Positions 28,245-36,696 of a stretch of 64,000 nt of DNA are shown here, one piece after another. The translations under genes and the position numbers were made by a program. Source of the DNA: a virus (lineage: Duplodnaviria > Caudoviricetes). A model generated the notes under the pieces. The model was not told the origin of the DNA, did no database searches, and worked only from the letters and a program-made list of their open reading frames with translations. The stretch spans positions 1 to 64,000 of the IMG/VR virus record IMGVR_UViG_3300018475_000011; one strand, given 5' to 3'. Every line of letters begins with the position of its first letter. The stretch's first letter is position 1.

Positions 28245-29277
28245 AGTTGTTTTATTTATGATTGTGGTGTTATTAGCAATAATGAATCCGATAAGAGCCA
28301 ATGCGGAAACGGGGGACAGATATCGAATTAACGGGAGTGATAATTTGATTGCTGTTGGCGGGTATAACCAATATGATGAAATCAAAGTGTTTACACAAGA
28401 AGATGCCCTTGCCTTAGAAGCACGAATGAAAACCGACGGATATATTCAAGTGTCGGGAGAAGGACGGGTAATATCGGACGAAGAATACAATCTGATAATG
28501 CAAGAAAACGAAGTGTGGTATTACCATTATAAAGACAGCTATAACGTGAAAATATTTATATATAAGCCCGTCTATGATGATTATATAGAATATAAGGCAA
28601 ACGGCTTAACTGTGCCGATTGTGACGTTAGATGAATTAATGACAAGCTCTGTTGTGTTGGATTATTTTAATTTGGAGCAAATAGAATTGTCGGGTACATA
28701 CGATAATCAAGTGGGAGATGCAATACCGTCGCATTTTAAGGCGGGGTGGATAGAGATACATAGCCCGATAGATTGCGAAATCGTATTGTGGAATGATGAA
28801 TCTAATAGATATTATAGCTTTTTGATTGAGAAGAATACGCCTTTTAAGGAGAAGCTGAAATGCGGGAGTTATCGTTTGGTAGAAATTAATAAATTGGCGG
28901 TACAAACAAGAATAGACAACGAAGGCGAAGATACGTTGCCTTACAATAACCGTATTCAAATAGGCGATTGGAATACCGAAGATAATCCATATCTTCTTGA
29001 CTTTACAAATATAACAATAAAATATCGCTTAACAGATATTAACAAAGAAGAGTATGTCCCCAAAGAAAATGTACCTTATATCGTGCCTACCGAACAAATC
29101 AAAGTGATAAAAGGCGAAGAAGAAACGGTAATAGAAAAAGCAAAAAAAGTATTTAATGGTAAGACATTCGGCATTATTCTTTTTGTGCTAATAATAGCGT
29201 TATTAATAGCGTATGCAATAATTATTATCCGAAAAAACAAGAATGGAGCAAGCGACGATGATGAATATATTAGATAA
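28231..29277 (+). CDS. Surface protein with signal peptide and C-terminal TM anchor
   Basis: N-terminal signal peptide ending ANA; C-terminal hydrophobic stretch followed by a basic stop. Confidence 0.75.
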   Translation: MKTNKVVLFMIVVLLAIMNPIRANAETGDRYRINGSDNLIAVGGYNQYDEIKVFTQEDALALEARMKTDGYIQVSGEGRVISDEEYNLIMQENEVWYYHYKDSYNVKIFIYKPVYDDYIEYKANGLTVPIVTLDELMTSSVVLDYFNLEQIELSGTYDNQVGDAIPSHFKAGWIEIHSPIDCEIVLWNDESNRYYSFLIEKNTPFKEKLKCGSYRLVEINKLAVQTRIDNEGEDTLPYNNRIQIGDWNTEDNPYLLDFTNITIKYRLTDINKEEYVPKENVPYIVPTEQIKVIKGEEETVIEKAKKVFNGKTFGIILFVLIIALLIAYAIIIIRKNKNGASDDDEYIR

Positions 29278-29452
29278 TTTGAAGGTTGATAGCAATATGA
29301 CAAAAGATGAATGGAACGCCTTTTGCAGAAGATATCGAAATCGGAACGCATCAACGATATCAATTATATTAAGCAAAAGGTACAATATTAACATAAATCA
29401 AGATGCTTTGAATGTTGAAATCAAGAAAGAAATAGAAAATGCAAAAAAATAA
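29243..29452 (+). CDS. Small hypothetical protein (start uncertain)
   Basis: Fills the gap before a promoter. Confidence 0.4.
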   Translation: MEQATMMNILDNLKVDSNMTKDEWNAFCRRYRNRNASTISIILSKRYNININQDALNVEIKKEIENAKK

Positions 29453-29474
29453 TGTCTTTTTTCTAAAAAAGCAC

Positions 29475-29503
29475 TTGACAACGCACATAGAAGATGCTAT
29501 AAT
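29475..29503 (+). promoter_or_regulatory. Class-II repeated promoter (CACTTGACAAYGCA)
   Basis: TTGACA-17-TG-TATAAT, similar to 35083. Confidence 0.75.
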
Positions 29504-29552
29504 CAAAATATAGTAAAACACAACCAACCAAAAAGAATAAGGAGAAATGATT

Positions 29553-29876
29553 ATGGCAAACGGAAACAGAACTTACAACATTTGTACTAATTGGGGGCTT
29601 TATTGCTTCGATATGAAGGAAACAAACACGGGTGTTCGTCTTAATTGTGCAATGAACGGCAAGAAGAAGGACGACGGTACATACGAAAAAGGGTTGTCAA
29701 TGAGCGTTTTCTGCTCGTTTGAAACTTGCGACATTATCGAAGATGATTACAGTAATTGCTTCATTGATGTAGACGGTGGATTTACCATTTCGGAATATAT
29801 CGGAAACGATAATACGCCCCGCACATCTATTACGATTTTCGCCGATAAGGTGCGTAAGCACGAATGGAACAATTAG
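29553..29876 (+). CDS. ssb: Divergent single-stranded DNA-binding protein (OB fold)
   Basis: KKKDDGTY...FIDVDGGFTISEYIGNDNTPRTSITIFADKV parallels the SSB strands; no acidic tail. Confidence 0.6.
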   Translation: MANGNRTYNICTNWGLYCFDMKETNTGVRLNCAMNGKKKDDGTYEKGLSMSVFCSFETCDIIEDDYSNCFIDVDGGFTISEYIGNDNTPRTSITIFADKVRKHEWNN

Positions 29877-29895
29877 TAATAATTCCATAAAAATT

Positions 29896-29931
29896 AAGGG
29901 GTGGGGGGTACAAAAGCCCCTATCCCTTTTT
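29896..29931 (+). terminator. Intrinsic terminator
   Basis: AAGGGGTGGGGG / CCCCTATCCCTT followed by a T-tract. Confidence 0.7.
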
Positions 29932-29949
29932 TGATTGAAAGGGATAGCA

Positions 29950-30396
29950 ATGAACGAATTAGAAAACAAATACAACTTTGTAGATATATATATATTTGGA
30001 AGGGTTGATAATGGATATATTAGTCTTTCCGATTGGCACATGAGCGAAGAACACTCATGCGTAATGAAGTTTGATTCGGATAGCAAATACTTAATAGGTT
30101 TTAATATGTTTAGAAAAAGGGAATATTATATAGCCGAAATAAGTCTTGAAGAATTAATGATACTTGCGGGAATTACCACAACCACGAATTTTGTCAAACA
30201 GTTTCGTAATGGTGTAGAAGAAGATAACGCCAATGACCTTATGGCAATAATGTGTTCTCAAAAAATACTCAATTACGGCTTTGGAAAATGCGTTAAAACA
30301 GATAGCGGAATGGAATTTAAGAGAAGGCAACTGATTAACGGCAAGAGAGAATATGTGGTAGTTCTAAAAAAGAAAATGCGAAAGGAAACAGCATGA
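29950..30396 (+). CDS. Hypothetical protein
   Basis: GAAAGGGA RBS. Confidence 0.65.
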   Translation: MNELENKYNFVDIYIFGRVDNGYISLSDWHMSEEHSCVMKFDSDSKYLIGFNMFRKREYYIAEISLEELMILAGITTTTNFVKQFRNGVEEDNANDLMAIMCSQKILNYGFGKCVKTDSGMEFKRRQLINGKREYVVVLKKKMRKETA

Positions 30397-30935
30397 AGAA
30401 ACGAAAACCCGAAGATGTAATATTTGCAATATTGGTTTTTGTATCTCTTATATCAATAGTGTATTGCGTGGCAACAACGGTAGTAGAAACTGTAAAAGAT
30501 AATCCGATAAGCCTAGACGATACACTATTTGTTTCATTAAAGCCTAGTATTGAGCTTGCGAAACGAATACCGCAAGCGATTGATTCAGCATCAAACGCTT
30601 ATAAGATAAAAGAATATGATGATGAATGTACCGTTAGTAAAGTGGAATATGATACTATTGAAGTATTAATCGGCAACCATAAAAGGAGCTATAATTTGAC
30701 GGGAGTTGAATTAAAATATGATGTTTTGGGAAGCAGATTAAAAGAAGGCGATATATTGCATATAGATTACGTTGGATTAAATGCAAACTTATATTTTAGG
30801 GACGGGACGATGATACAACATTGGTTGTTGCTTAATGGATATGCTATCGTATCGAAAGAAGGAACGCCCGATGAAGAATTTGAGCAAATACAAGAAATGG
30901 CAAAAGAAAGAAAAGTCGGCTATTGGGCTGATTAA
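30393..30935 (+). CDS. Degenerate membrane-anchored SNase-fold protein
   Basis: VSKVEYDTIEV...LLLNGYA...AKERKVGYW retains the SNase scaffold but lacks DGDT, GIDxPE and YGR. Confidence 0.6.
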   Translation: MKKRKPEDVIFAILVFVSLISIVYCVATTVVETVKDNPISLDDTLFVSLKPSIELAKRIPQAIDSASNAYKIKEYDDECTVSKVEYDTIEVLIGNHKRSYNLTGVELKYDVLGSRLKEGDILHIDYVGLNANLYFRDGTMIQHWLLLNGYAIVSKEGTPDEEFEQIQEMAKERKVGYWAD

Positions 30936-30960
30936 ATATTATATAATAAAGGAGAAGCAC

Positions 30961-31305
30961 ATGGAAATTAAAGCAAGGAGAATTACACAAGACGATGTAA
31001 CAAATAACGAATACATGGCTTTGGTTAGAGCGGTTTCTTATGTTAAGGCACGTTATGCTAATGAAGTATCGGGAATGTGGCTTATAACAAATAAGTCAAT
31101 CGAAGGAGATACCCAAATTGTTGTGCAAACAACATTGGAGCGGGGAAGCGTTGATTATGTTCTTTTGAGCGGGAACATGAGTAGTATTCTTGGTGGTTGT
31201 ATCATGTATGATTACGACGATTTAGAAACCGATACTTACGGAGTGAAAGAAGAAATTGAAAACGGAAATGCTCTTTTGCTTTATATGAACAAAAAAGGAG
31301 AATAA
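30961..31305 (+). CDS. Possible degenerate minimal nucleotidyltransferase (MNT)-like protein
   Basis: Directly upstream of HEPN; ends KEEIENGNALLLY like the MNT C-terminus; no GS or DxD motif. Confidence 0.4.
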   Translation: MEIKARRITQDDVTNNEYMALVRAVSYVKARYANEVSGMWLITNKSIEGDTQIVVQTTLERGSVDYVLLSGNMSSILGGCIMYDYDDLETDTYGVKEEIENGNALLLYMNKKGE

Positions 31306-31308
31306 CAA

Positions 31309-31833
31309 ATGGGATTAAGTGAAGATACAATACAATCAGACCTATATATCGCTAAACATATTTTTTATGACGATAAGGGAAAGGACGCATGGCATAGAAA
31401 TCCGCAATTATTAAATATGTGTGCTTATCATTGTGAGCAAGCGATTGAAAAAACATTGAAGCTCTTTTTGCAGAGCATTAATGAAGATGCGTACCGTTCC
31501 GTTGCAAATTCACATAACATTTCGGAATTACTTGTAAAAATGCAATGCAATTCGGAAAATTTTATCGAAAACCATAAAGAGTTAGCCCATAATGCAGATA
31601 CGATTACCAAAATGAATAATTTGCGATATGGAGTAGGGGAAGTATCAAAGAACGATTGTTATATCGTTTTGTCAAATGCAAAATCTCTTTTTGCAGAATA
31701 TCAGAAAATATACGGGAAAGAGCATATAAGGACTATCAGCTCATTGGACGGCAACAAGCATAAACAAACAGAAGCGGATAACTCAAAAAAAGTAAATTTT
31801 ACAATGAAGCGGATAGGTTCGGAAAGGGATTAA
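31309..31833 (+). CDS. HEPN-domain protein
   Basis: AYHCEQAIEKTLK...SHNISEL...LRY. Confidence 0.85.
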   Translation: MGLSEDTIQSDLYIAKHIFYDDKGKDAWHRNPQLLNMCAYHCEQAIEKTLKLFLQSINEDAYRSVANSHNISELLVKMQCNSENFIENHKELAHNADTITKMNNLRYGVGEVSKNDCYIVLSNAKSLFAEYQKIYGKEHIRTISSLDGNKHKQTEADNSKKVNFTMKRIGSERD

Positions 31834-31834
31834 T

Positions 31835-32371
31835 ATGAAATACGCACATGGAGAATACGCAAGTGCAAGCAAGGAGCATATTAATAAATATAAAATGGCT
31901 CATTGTATAGGCGTAGCGGAATATATGCGGGATAACGCATGGAAATACGGCGAAGATAAAAATAAGATGTATGCCATTGGATTATTGCACGATATCGGAT
32001 ATTTAGAAGGCAGAAAAGACCACGAAGCAACGAGTTATGAAATATTAGATAGTTTAGGAATGAGTGAAGATATCCTATTTGCTATCGTAAACCATGGAAA
32101 AAATCCGTATGAAGTAGAAGATGCCTTCCAAAAAAATTTATTGAAAGAGTGTCCCGTACTTGTGCTTTTATACGAAGCTGATATGAGCGTAAATGCACAA
32201 GGATATAAAGTAGGATTCGATAAGCGGTTGCAAGATATCGGGGATAGATATGGTTACGACCATATTGCCTATGAAACGGCAAGTAATACCGTGAAATTTG
32301 TAAAAGAAAAGCACAAGGAATTAGGACTACACAAGGGAAAAAAGGGGGCAGAGCATGAAGAAGTACGCTAG
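31835..32371 (+). CDS. HD-domain phosphohydrolase
   Basis: AHCIGVAE, GLLHDIG, DH, NH, EAD. Confidence 0.9.
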   Translation: MKYAHGEYASASKEHINKYKMAHCIGVAEYMRDNAWKYGEDKNKMYAIGLLHDIGYLEGRKDHEATSYEILDSLGMSEDILFAIVNHGKNPYEVEDAFQKNLLKECPVLVLLYEADMSVNAQGYKVGFDKRLQDIGDRYGYDHIAYETASNTVKFVKEKHKELGLHKGKKGAEHEEVR

Positions 32372-33026
32372 TTTTATTGCTTTATTAGTAATTTGTGTAA
32401 TTATCGTATGTATCATTGTTATTAAAAATTACGATGGAGTGCGGGAAAGCTATGAAAGCATAGAAGATATTAAGGTGTCACATTCTCAAAAGAGCGATGT
32501 TGCAAAAGTTACTATCGTAGATACCTACATTAAAGGCGGGGAAACATATTACGAATTAACCACATCAGTATCGGGAACGGAATTGTTTACCTTTTCCCAA
32601 AAGGAATATAACGAAATCTTTGGGGAAGGCAATACTGCCGTGGATTGCGAAATATACACACTTGAACTAAATGCGAAAATTACAAACTATCAAGCTCCGA
32701 TATTTTCTAAATACAACAAATTAGATATGAAAAAGTTGACAAAGTATAAAGATAATCCGTATGGTTTTAAGAGCGTTTATATTCCTACGGCATCTTACGA
32801 TATGTATTGCCAATTTTCATCTTCCGAAAAAGAAGGGACGTATTTTAATTATTATATAAATTGTTATAGTTCATTAAGAGAAGGAACAACGCTAACGATT
32901 GAATATTCCGAATGTAGATATTCATTTTTGGGGGAAGAAGATTTTACGGAAGAAGAAATCGCATATTACAAAAATAATATAGACGAGATAAATCGTTACA
33001 TTTTGGAAGCGTTAGATAACTATTAA
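32355..33026 (+). CDS. Membrane-anchored hypothetical protein
   Basis: N-terminal TM segment. Confidence 0.7.
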   Translation: MKKYASFIALLVICVIIVCIIVIKNYDGVRESYESIEDIKVSHSQKSDVAKVTIVDTYIKGGETYYELTTSVSGTELFTFSQKEYNEIFGEGNTAVDCEIYTLELNAKITNYQAPIFSKYNKLDMKKLTKYKDNPYGFKSVYIPTASYDMYCQFSSSEKEGTYFNYYINCYSSLREGTTLTIEYSECRYSFLGEEDFTEEEIAYYKNNIDEINRYILEALDNY

Positions 33027-33045
33027 GAAAGGAGAATGAAAGCGT

Positions 33046-33252
33046 ATGGGTAATTTTATGTTTGGAGTTTTGGTGGGCTTTTTGGCGGGAACGGTTATGT
33101 CATGTATTTTGTTAGCAAAGAAAAACCTTCAAGCCAAAGACGCAATAGAATCATCAATCGAAAATAAGGTGGTATCGGCTAAAGATGCTTTTGCGGAAGC
33201 AAAGAAGTCTTTTAAGGAACAAATGCAAGCGTATGACGAAGCAAATAAATAG
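33046..33252 (+). CDS. Small membrane protein (YtxH-like)
   Basis: FMFGVLVGFLAG N-terminus plus coiled coil. Confidence 0.65.
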   Translation: MGNFMFGVLVGFLAGTVMSCILLAKKNLQAKDAIESSIENKVVSAKDAFAEAKKSFKEQMQAYDEANK

Positions 33253-33263
33253 GGGGTTAATAC

Positions 33264-33800
33264 ATGGGTATTGAAGTAATAATGGCGGGAGTTACAAAAT
33301 ATGAACAATTCGCCAACATGAATGATGCTTACCAAATAGAATACAATAACGTATGTGGTTTTAAGCTGTATGCTGTATTAAGCAATCCTTCGCCCAATGA
33401 AATAGAAAACATGATAGGAAATTCGGATTTTACTATGTCTTTTTCGGTTATTGAAGAAATTGGTATTTTATCATTTATGTTCGATACAATGGTAGGCGAT
33501 TGCATATTAGAACCGCATATATGCGGAGATAATGAGCCAATGGACGTAATCCCAACGGGACGGGGAATAGCTCTTAATATAATTGTTATTGATTCAACGC
33601 AAGGCGGTTTAGTTAGGGGTATGCGTGCAATCGGATTAGGCGAAGAATTATCTAATAATATAAGAGAATGGTACAATGAAGAATTTAAGAAGCCATTTGA
33701 CAAAGGAAAGCACATTGATACAGTAAATAAAATATATCAAAAATACTCTCCGTATGATATAATCGTAAGGTGCAGAGCGTCATGGTCTTTAGATATTTAA
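33264..33800 (+). CDS. Hypothetical protein
   Basis: AGGGGG RBS. Confidence 0.75.
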   Translation: MGIEVIMAGVTKYEQFANMNDAYQIEYNNVCGFKLYAVLSNPSPNEIENMIGNSDFTMSFSVIEEIGILSFMFDTMVGDCILEPHICGDNEPMDVIPTGRGIALNIIVIDSTQGGLVRGMRAIGLGEELSNNIREWYNEEFKKPFDKGKHIDTVNKIYQKYSPYDIIVRCRASWSLDI

Positions 33801-33818
33801 TTGAAAGGGGATATGCAG

Positions 33819-34088
33819 ATGAAATTAGCGGAAGCTAAAAAAACATATCAGCGATATTTCAACCGTCCACCGACAAAAGAAACAACCTTATGCCTTGCAA
33901 AACTATCATATAGTTTAACAAGGGAAATTCCACTTATTTCCGTTGTTGTCGGAAGCGACAAAATTGCTTTGTATTACAAAGATGAATTAAAAGCAGAATT
34001 TAACGGAAGCGATTTCAATGATGTAACAGACAAACTATTTAATAGCTCTATATTATTAGAACTATTGGATAAAGCAGAAAATGAGTAA
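33819..34088 (+). CDS. Hypothetical protein
   Basis: GAAAGGGG RBS. Confidence 0.65.
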   Translation: MKLAEAKKTYQRYFNRPPTKETTLCLAKLSYSLTREIPLISVVVGSDKIALYYKDELKAEFNGSDFNDVTDKLFNSSILLELLDKAENE

Positions 34089-35010
34089 AGAAAGGCGAAA
34101 GATTATTATGAAGAAAAGATTATTAACATTAGCACTTGTGGCTTTATGCACGTTATCATTATGTGCTTGCCAAACATCAACATCGGGCAAAAATAAGGGC
34201 GTAGGCGACGAATCAACACCCGAAGCAACAGCAACACCCGAACCCACGGAAGCACCCAAAACGATTACGGCAGAGCAAGTAAATGACCCGTATAAAGATG
34301 TGGAAGAACCCAAAGATAATACAGAGAAAGAAGAAACCGAAAAAGAAGCAACAGCAACAGCAACGCCCGAACCCACGGAAGCACCCGTACCCACGGGGGA
34401 ATTAGCAAGCCCTATTATAAATAGCATTAAGGCGGTTATGCAAGATAGCGAAGAAGCAAGATATTTCTATACAAATCGTGATGATATGGACGTATGGAGA
34501 ACAGCTTTGTCCCAAATGTGTGTATCATTTCCTTCAAGCAAGGAAATTACCGAAGGCTTAAATGTAAAGTCGGTAACATCAGAAGATGAATTAATTGATT
34601 ATATCAATACATATAGCGATATATGGAGTATTAAAGAAGATAGTATTACCGTTGAAGGCAATCTTTACTCATATAACCATTCTTGGTTTTATAATCACTA
34701 TATGTCTAATGGCGACGGGAAAATATATTATTATATAATTGAAAATCCCAATTTCGACATGGCATATAGTTATGAAGTAGACGAAAAGGAAGTATACTAT
34801 GATGAATCAACAAAGAATTTGTATTTAACCCTTGTTCCGAATTTTAATTATGAAGAATACTTGTATGTGACAAATGCAACAAATACAATCGAAGATATTA
34901 AAGAAGGGGCAAAATCCAATAGAATGTTTATGGTATTACATTATCCCGATGAAGTGGAAATAAACGATGTTATCGTTCTTATGCCCCGTGTAGTAGCTTC
35001 AAATAATTAA
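34081..35010 (+). CDS. Lipoprotein with duplicated ATATPEPTEAP linker
   Basis: Lipobox LCAC; start may be the later ATG at 34108. Confidence 0.8.
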   Translation: MSKERRKIIMKKRLLTLALVALCTLSLCACQTSTSGKNKGVGDESTPEATATPEPTEAPKTITAEQVNDPYKDVEEPKDNTEKEETEKEATATATPEPTEAPVPTGELASPIINSIKAVMQDSEEARYFYTNRDDMDVWRTALSQMCVSFPSSKEITEGLNVKSVTSEDELIDYINTYSDIWSIKEDSITVEGNLYSYNHSWFYNHYMSNGDGKIYYYIIENPNFDMAYSYEVDEKEVYYDESTKNLYLTLVPNFNYEEYLYVTNATNTIEDIKEGAKSNRMFMVLHYPDEVEINDVIVLMPRVVASNN

Positions 35011-35082
35011 AAATGGTTGCAAATATATCTCCAATGAGAATCGGTTGTGCTTGACAATGCACAATATTTATTAAAAAAACAC

Positions 35083-35111
35083 TTGACAATGCAATGTAGG
35101 AGTGTTATAAT
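35083..35111 (+). promoter_or_regulatory. Class-II repeated promoter
   Basis: TTGACA-17-TG-TATAAT; upstream TTGTGC-TTGACAAT-GCACAA inverted repeat at 35045-35064. Confidence 0.75.
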
Positions 35112-35178
35112 AAATATATGATAAAGAAAGATTTATCATCAACACAACCAATAAATATCGAATAAAGGAGATGTAATT

Positions 35179-36045
35179 ATGGCAACACAAACAAGTGCAA
35201 AAACCAACAGTAACGAAGCGGTAGAAGAAAAGAAAACCGCAAAGAAAACAGAAATCGCTAAGATGAATATTTTTCAGAAGATGCTTGCAATCACAACTGA
35301 ATTGCAGACAGTAGCGAAGAACATGGAAGTCGGAACGGGCAACAACAAATATAAGGCTGTATCGGAGAGAGATATTCTTGATGCGGTTAAGCCTATCGAA
35401 GAAAAGTACGGCGTATATTCATATCCATTCGCAAGAGAAATTCTTGAAAGCAATTTGCTTGAAAGCGAAAGTGCATATAACGGACAAGTCACTAAAAAGA
35501 CTACGTTTATGACAAGAATTATGACCGTATATCGCTTTATCAATGTTGATAACCCGTCGGATTATATCGAAACAACAACATTTTCGGAAGGCATTGATGC
35601 ACAAGACAAGGGGAGCGGTAAGGCAATGACTTATGGCGATAAATACGCTTTAATGAAAGCCTACAAAATCTCTACGGGCGACGACCCCGATGCAACCGCA
35701 AGCGTAGACGAAAATTACACCAACAGTAAGACTACATCAAGTGCGGGAGCAAGTAGGTGGAAAAATGCGAATGCCAACGCTAACGCTAATGCAAACGCAA
35801 ACGCAAACGCAAACGCTAATGCAAACGCTAATGCAAACGCTAACGCTAATGCAAACGCTAATGCCAACGCTAATGCAAACGCCAATGCTAACGCCAACGC
35901 TAATGCAAACGCTAATGCAAACGCTAACGCTAATAACGGCACTAAATCCAATGCGGGAGTAAGTAGGTGGAAAAATGCCAATGCTAATGCGACACAAAAT
36001 CAGACATCAGAGCTTCCGAAGGCAAGTGGTTACAACGGCAAATAA
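35179..36045 (+). CDS. ERF-family ssDNA annealing protein
   Basis: NNKYKAVSERDILDAVKP, DKGSGKAMTYGDKYALMKAYKISTGDDPD. Confidence 0.85.
   Translation: MATQTSAKTNSNEAVEEKKTAKKTEIAKMNIFQKMLAITTELQTVAKNMEVGTGNNKYKAVSERDILDAVKPIEEKYGVYSYPFAREILESNLLESESAYNGQVTKKTTFMTRIMTVYRFINVDNPSDYIETTTFSEGIDAQDKGSGKAMTYGDKYALMKAYKISTGDDPDATASVDENYTNSKTTSSAGASRWKNANANANANANANANANANANANANANANANANANANANANANANANANANANANANNGTKSNAGVSRWKNANANATQNQTSELPKASGYNGK
35764..35931 (+). repeat. (Asn-Ala)28 coding hexamer repeat
   Basis: 28 AAY-GCN units with synonymous variation. Confidence 0.95.
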
Positions 36046-36058
36046 GGTCAAACAGTTT

Positions 36059-36090
36059 GCGGGGGTGGCAAAGCTATCCCCGCTTGTTTT
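36059..36090 (+). terminator. Intrinsic terminator after erf
   Basis: GCGGGGGTGGC-AAA-GCTATCCCCGC-TTGTTTT. Confidence 0.7.
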
Positions 36091-36110
36091 ATAAAGGAGA
36101 GCGTATAAGT

Positions 36111-36374
36111 ATGGCAGATGAAAAAACAAGATATGCAAAAGTGGTAAAAATCACATATAGCGATATCGAAAAAGATAGAGTTGACGGGATTATTAATGAT
36201 ACGGTCAACAAAATAAAAGAAAACGGCGGGAAAGTAATATCTTTCATGCAAGAAGTTATCGGGGTGGGCTTTTCGACGGTTTATTTGCTATATACGATTA
36301 TATATGAACGTCACGAAGAAATACCTTGCGAAATCTTCAAAGAAGAAAAGAAGGGAGATGACGACAATGACTAA
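36111..36374 (+). CDS. Hypothetical protein
   Basis: AAGGAGA RBS. Confidence 0.7.
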   Translation: MADEKTRYAKVVKITYSDIEKDRVDGIINDTVNKIKENGGKVISFMQEVIGVGFSTVYLLYTIIYERHEEIPCEIFKEEKKGDDDND

Positions 36375-36696
36375 TCAAACATCAAGCGAAATGATAAGGG
36401 AGATTTGGGCTAGTTCGGGATTGAGTTATTGCGAATTATCTAAGATAGTGGGGATTGCTGAAAACACATTGGCTTGTTGGATATCGGGACGCAGAAACCC
36501 ACCGCATTATGTTGTGGAGTATGTAAAAATGAAATTAGCTTTATCATCATTAAACACAAATGAAGATATAATCCGCAATTTGAGTAAAAATGATTTGGCT
36601 GATTTATTGGAGCTTGTAAGCACAAACGGGTTTGGTAAAAGAACCGCATTAGAGTTTTTGGAAGGAACGGATTTAAGAGAAAGGTATCGGGTATGA
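36367..36696 (+). CDS. XRE-family HTH protein
   Basis: SGLSYCELSKIVGIAENTLACWISGRRNPP. Confidence 0.75.
   Translation: MTNQTSSEMIREIWASSGLSYCELSKIVGIAENTLACWISGRRNPPHYVVEYVKMKLALSSLNTNEDIIRNLSKNDLADLLELVSTNGFGKRTALEFLEGTDLRERYRV

Noticed and set aside
35715-35997. LALAFA, ISVCISV and MQTLTL repeat ORFs
   Set aside because: Alternative-frame shadows of the (Asn-Ala)n tract.
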